Positions 61,396-64,000 of a stretch of 64,000 nucleotides of DNA are shown here, one piece after another (within the stretch, counting starts at the first letter, position 1; each line of letters opens with the position of its first letter). A program made the translations under genes and the position numbers. Origin of the DNA: the human T2T-CHM13v2.0 reference genome, Homo sapiens; assembly GCF_009914755.1 (NCBI RefSeq), contig NC_060927.1; one strand, given 5' to 3'. The notes beneath the pieces are model-generated. The model did no database searches. It had not been told where the DNA came from and saw nothing but the letters and a program-made list of their open reading frames with translations.

Positions 61396-63295
61396 AATTA
61401 ACTGATTTTTAACAAAGGCCCTATAACATATTGGGAAAAGAACAGCCTGTTCAATAAATGGTGCTGGGAAAACTGACCCCCTATATGAAAAGGAAAGAAA
61501 CTAGACTCCCTACGTCTCACCCTATACAAAAATCAACACGAAATGGATTAAAAACCTAAATATAAAACCCAAAACTATGAAACTACTAAAAGATAATACA
61601 GGAGAAATGCTTCAGGACATTGGCCTGGGCAAAGATTTTATGGATAAGCCCTCAAAAGCACAGGCAACAAAACCAAATATAGACAAATTGGATTACATCA
61701 AACTAAAAAGCTTCTGCACAGAAAAGGAAACAATCAATAGAGGAATGAGACAGCCTACAGAATGAGAGAAAATATTTGCAAAGTATTCATCCAACAAGGA
61801 ATTAATATCCAGGAAGTATAAAAAACTCAAACAACTCAATAGCAAAAAAAACCCAAATAATTTTTAAATGGGCAAATGATCTGAATACACATTTTTCAAA
61901 AGAAGACATATAAATAGCCAACAAATACATGAAAAAAATGCTCAACATCACTAATCATCAGGGAAATACAAATCAAAACCACAGTGAGATATTATCTCAC
62001 TCCAGTTAGAATCGCTATACGAAAAAGACAAAAACAAATGCAGAGGGTGAGGATGCAGAGAAAAGGGAATTCATACACTGTTGATAGGAATGTAAATTAG
62101 TTCAACCATTATGGAAAACAGTGTGTAGATTTCTCAAAGAACTAAAACTACAACTACCATATGATCCAGCAATCCCACTACTACCCAAAGAACAGGAAAT
62201 CAGTATGTCAAAGAGATACCTGTCCTCCCACAGTTACTGCAGCACTATTCACAGTGGCCAAGATACGGAGTTAACCTAAGTGTCCATCAAAAGAAGAATG
62301 GATAAAGAAAATGTGGTACATATATGCAATGAAATACTATTCAATCATAAAAAAGAATAAAATTATGTCATTTGCAGCAACATGGATAGCACCGGAGGTC
62401 ATTATCTTAAGTGAAATAAGCCAGGCACAGAAAGATAAATACTGCATGTTCTCACCAATATGTGAAAGAGAAATAAGTTGATCTCAGAGAAGTAGAGAAC
62501 AGAATAGTGGTAACTAGTGGCTGAGAAGGGTAAAGGAGAGGATTATATATAGAGAGGTTGGTTAACACATATAAAATTACAGCTAGGTAGAAGGAATAAT
62601 TTTTGGTGTTCTATATCACTGTAGGATGACTATGATTAACAATAATTTATTCCATATTTTCAAATAGCTAAAAGAGTGGATATTGAATTTTCCCAAAGCA
62701 ATTATTACAGATTGTATACAGGTATCAAAATATCACACTGTACCCCATATATATGTACAATTATTATGTGTCAATTAAAAAATACATCCACAAATTTATT
62801 GATACTTCATAAAAAAAGGAGTCATCTAATCCCCTCTCCTTAGACACTGATGGCCTTAGTAACTAAGTTCTAATGAATTGACTATGGCTTAAAGTGACAC
62901 TGCATGACTTCCACTGTGAGTTTAGAAAAAGCATTATAGCTTTCAACCAGATTTTTCTTCTTCGGGATGCTCATCCTTGGAACCCAGTTAGCATATTGTG
63001 AGGAACCAAATAGTGCTGTGGAAAGATCATGAGAAGGTGTTCTAGCCACAGCTTTGGCTAAGGACTAGGCCAACACCAGTATCAGTCACCAGACATGTGA
63101 GAGAAGGGGTCTTCAGATGATTCCAGCCCCAATCTTTTAGCTGCCCCAGCTGATGTGAAGTGGATAGTGGAACAGAGACAATCTGTTCCCATGAAGCTCT
63201 GCATAAATTACAGATTTGTAAGTAAAGTAAGGGTTGTAATTGTTTTAAACCATTGCATTTTGCAGATGGTTAAACAGCAATAGATAAAAGGAACA

Positions 63296-64000
63296 GGAAA
63301 AAAGAGTGCTGAATATTGGACAGTAGTTCAGAGCATATACTGCATCCTACAGGACAGTATCAAAAAGGGTTATCTCCCAGAAGGCACCATAGCTAAGTCT
63401 TCAATATATCTTCAATAAGACAAGATACTTCTCAGTGATTGAGTACACAATTAGACCAATAAATTCCATGGGCAATAGCCCATTGCATTACTTCTTTCAT
63501 TGCAGAGTGAATTTCTTGGTCAAAAGCAATATAGTGTTAGAGAAAATGATAGTGTCTAAAGCACTGAGTAATTCCCTAGATGGTGGTGTCAGCGGAAGTA
63601 CAGTGAGCAGGGAAAGCAAATCTCAATCTAGAATAAACATATTTTAGAGAGGACAAATAAGAACTCCCTCAATGATGGGGAGGGCCAATGACCAATGGAA
63701 TAGACTTGCCTACATGTGACTGGCTGACCCTCCCAGAGCATGGGGTATTGGTCACTGCTTCTGAACACCCAGCGGTGGCTTGGTGATCCCATGCATAGCT
63801 CCAATCCTGTTGCCATTGCCATTGCCATTTATTTCATGATTCTACTGAGCAGGCAGTGAGGCTGAGTTTCATCACAAAGCAGTTCATTTCATCCATATGA
63901 TTCTTAAGATTTATTCTGAGAGGTCCATCACTATATCCCTTCTGGAGTCTTCCTTGTCACTAGTTCTCCAGTCTTGCTCTTTCCATGTCCTTCACAAACT
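63296..64000 (-). pseudogene. ERVL integrase remnant
   Basis: ORF 63628-63828 EGQPVTCRQVYSIG..PS..FVL resembles ERVL GDQPATWWQVDYIGPLPS..FVL. Confidence 0.7.

Overview
Primate (human-like) non-coding genomic DNA that is CpG-depleted and dominated by interspersed repeats. I find no CpG island and no supportable protein-coding gene. The ORF track is explained by Alu, decayed L1 and ERVL pol remnants, microsatellites or chance. Content: 24 dimeric Alus and 3 Alu monomers; L1s from a young L1PA 3' fragment to a near full-length, TSD-bounded L1MA at 53.5-62.8 kb; HAL1, L2 and MIR remnants; DNA transposon MITEs (MER45A, Charlie1, MER2, MER5); about 20 LTRs, including a dense ERV1 cluster at 33-41 kb with LTR8-type, MER4, MER34/39, MER41B and MER31; two ERVL pol remnants; a full-length U6 copy fused to an L1 3' tip; and a 7SL retrocopy split by an AluY. 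I see no evidence of a previously undescribed biological system. The most notable items are a MER41B with both STAT (GAS) sites intact, the U6/L1 chimera, two multi-layer nested insertion stacks with repeated use of the same target site, and a candidate divergent CTCF motif pair. Repeat subfamily names come from my recall of consensus sequences and need RepeatMasker/Dfam confirmation. Boundaries without a stated TSD are approximate.
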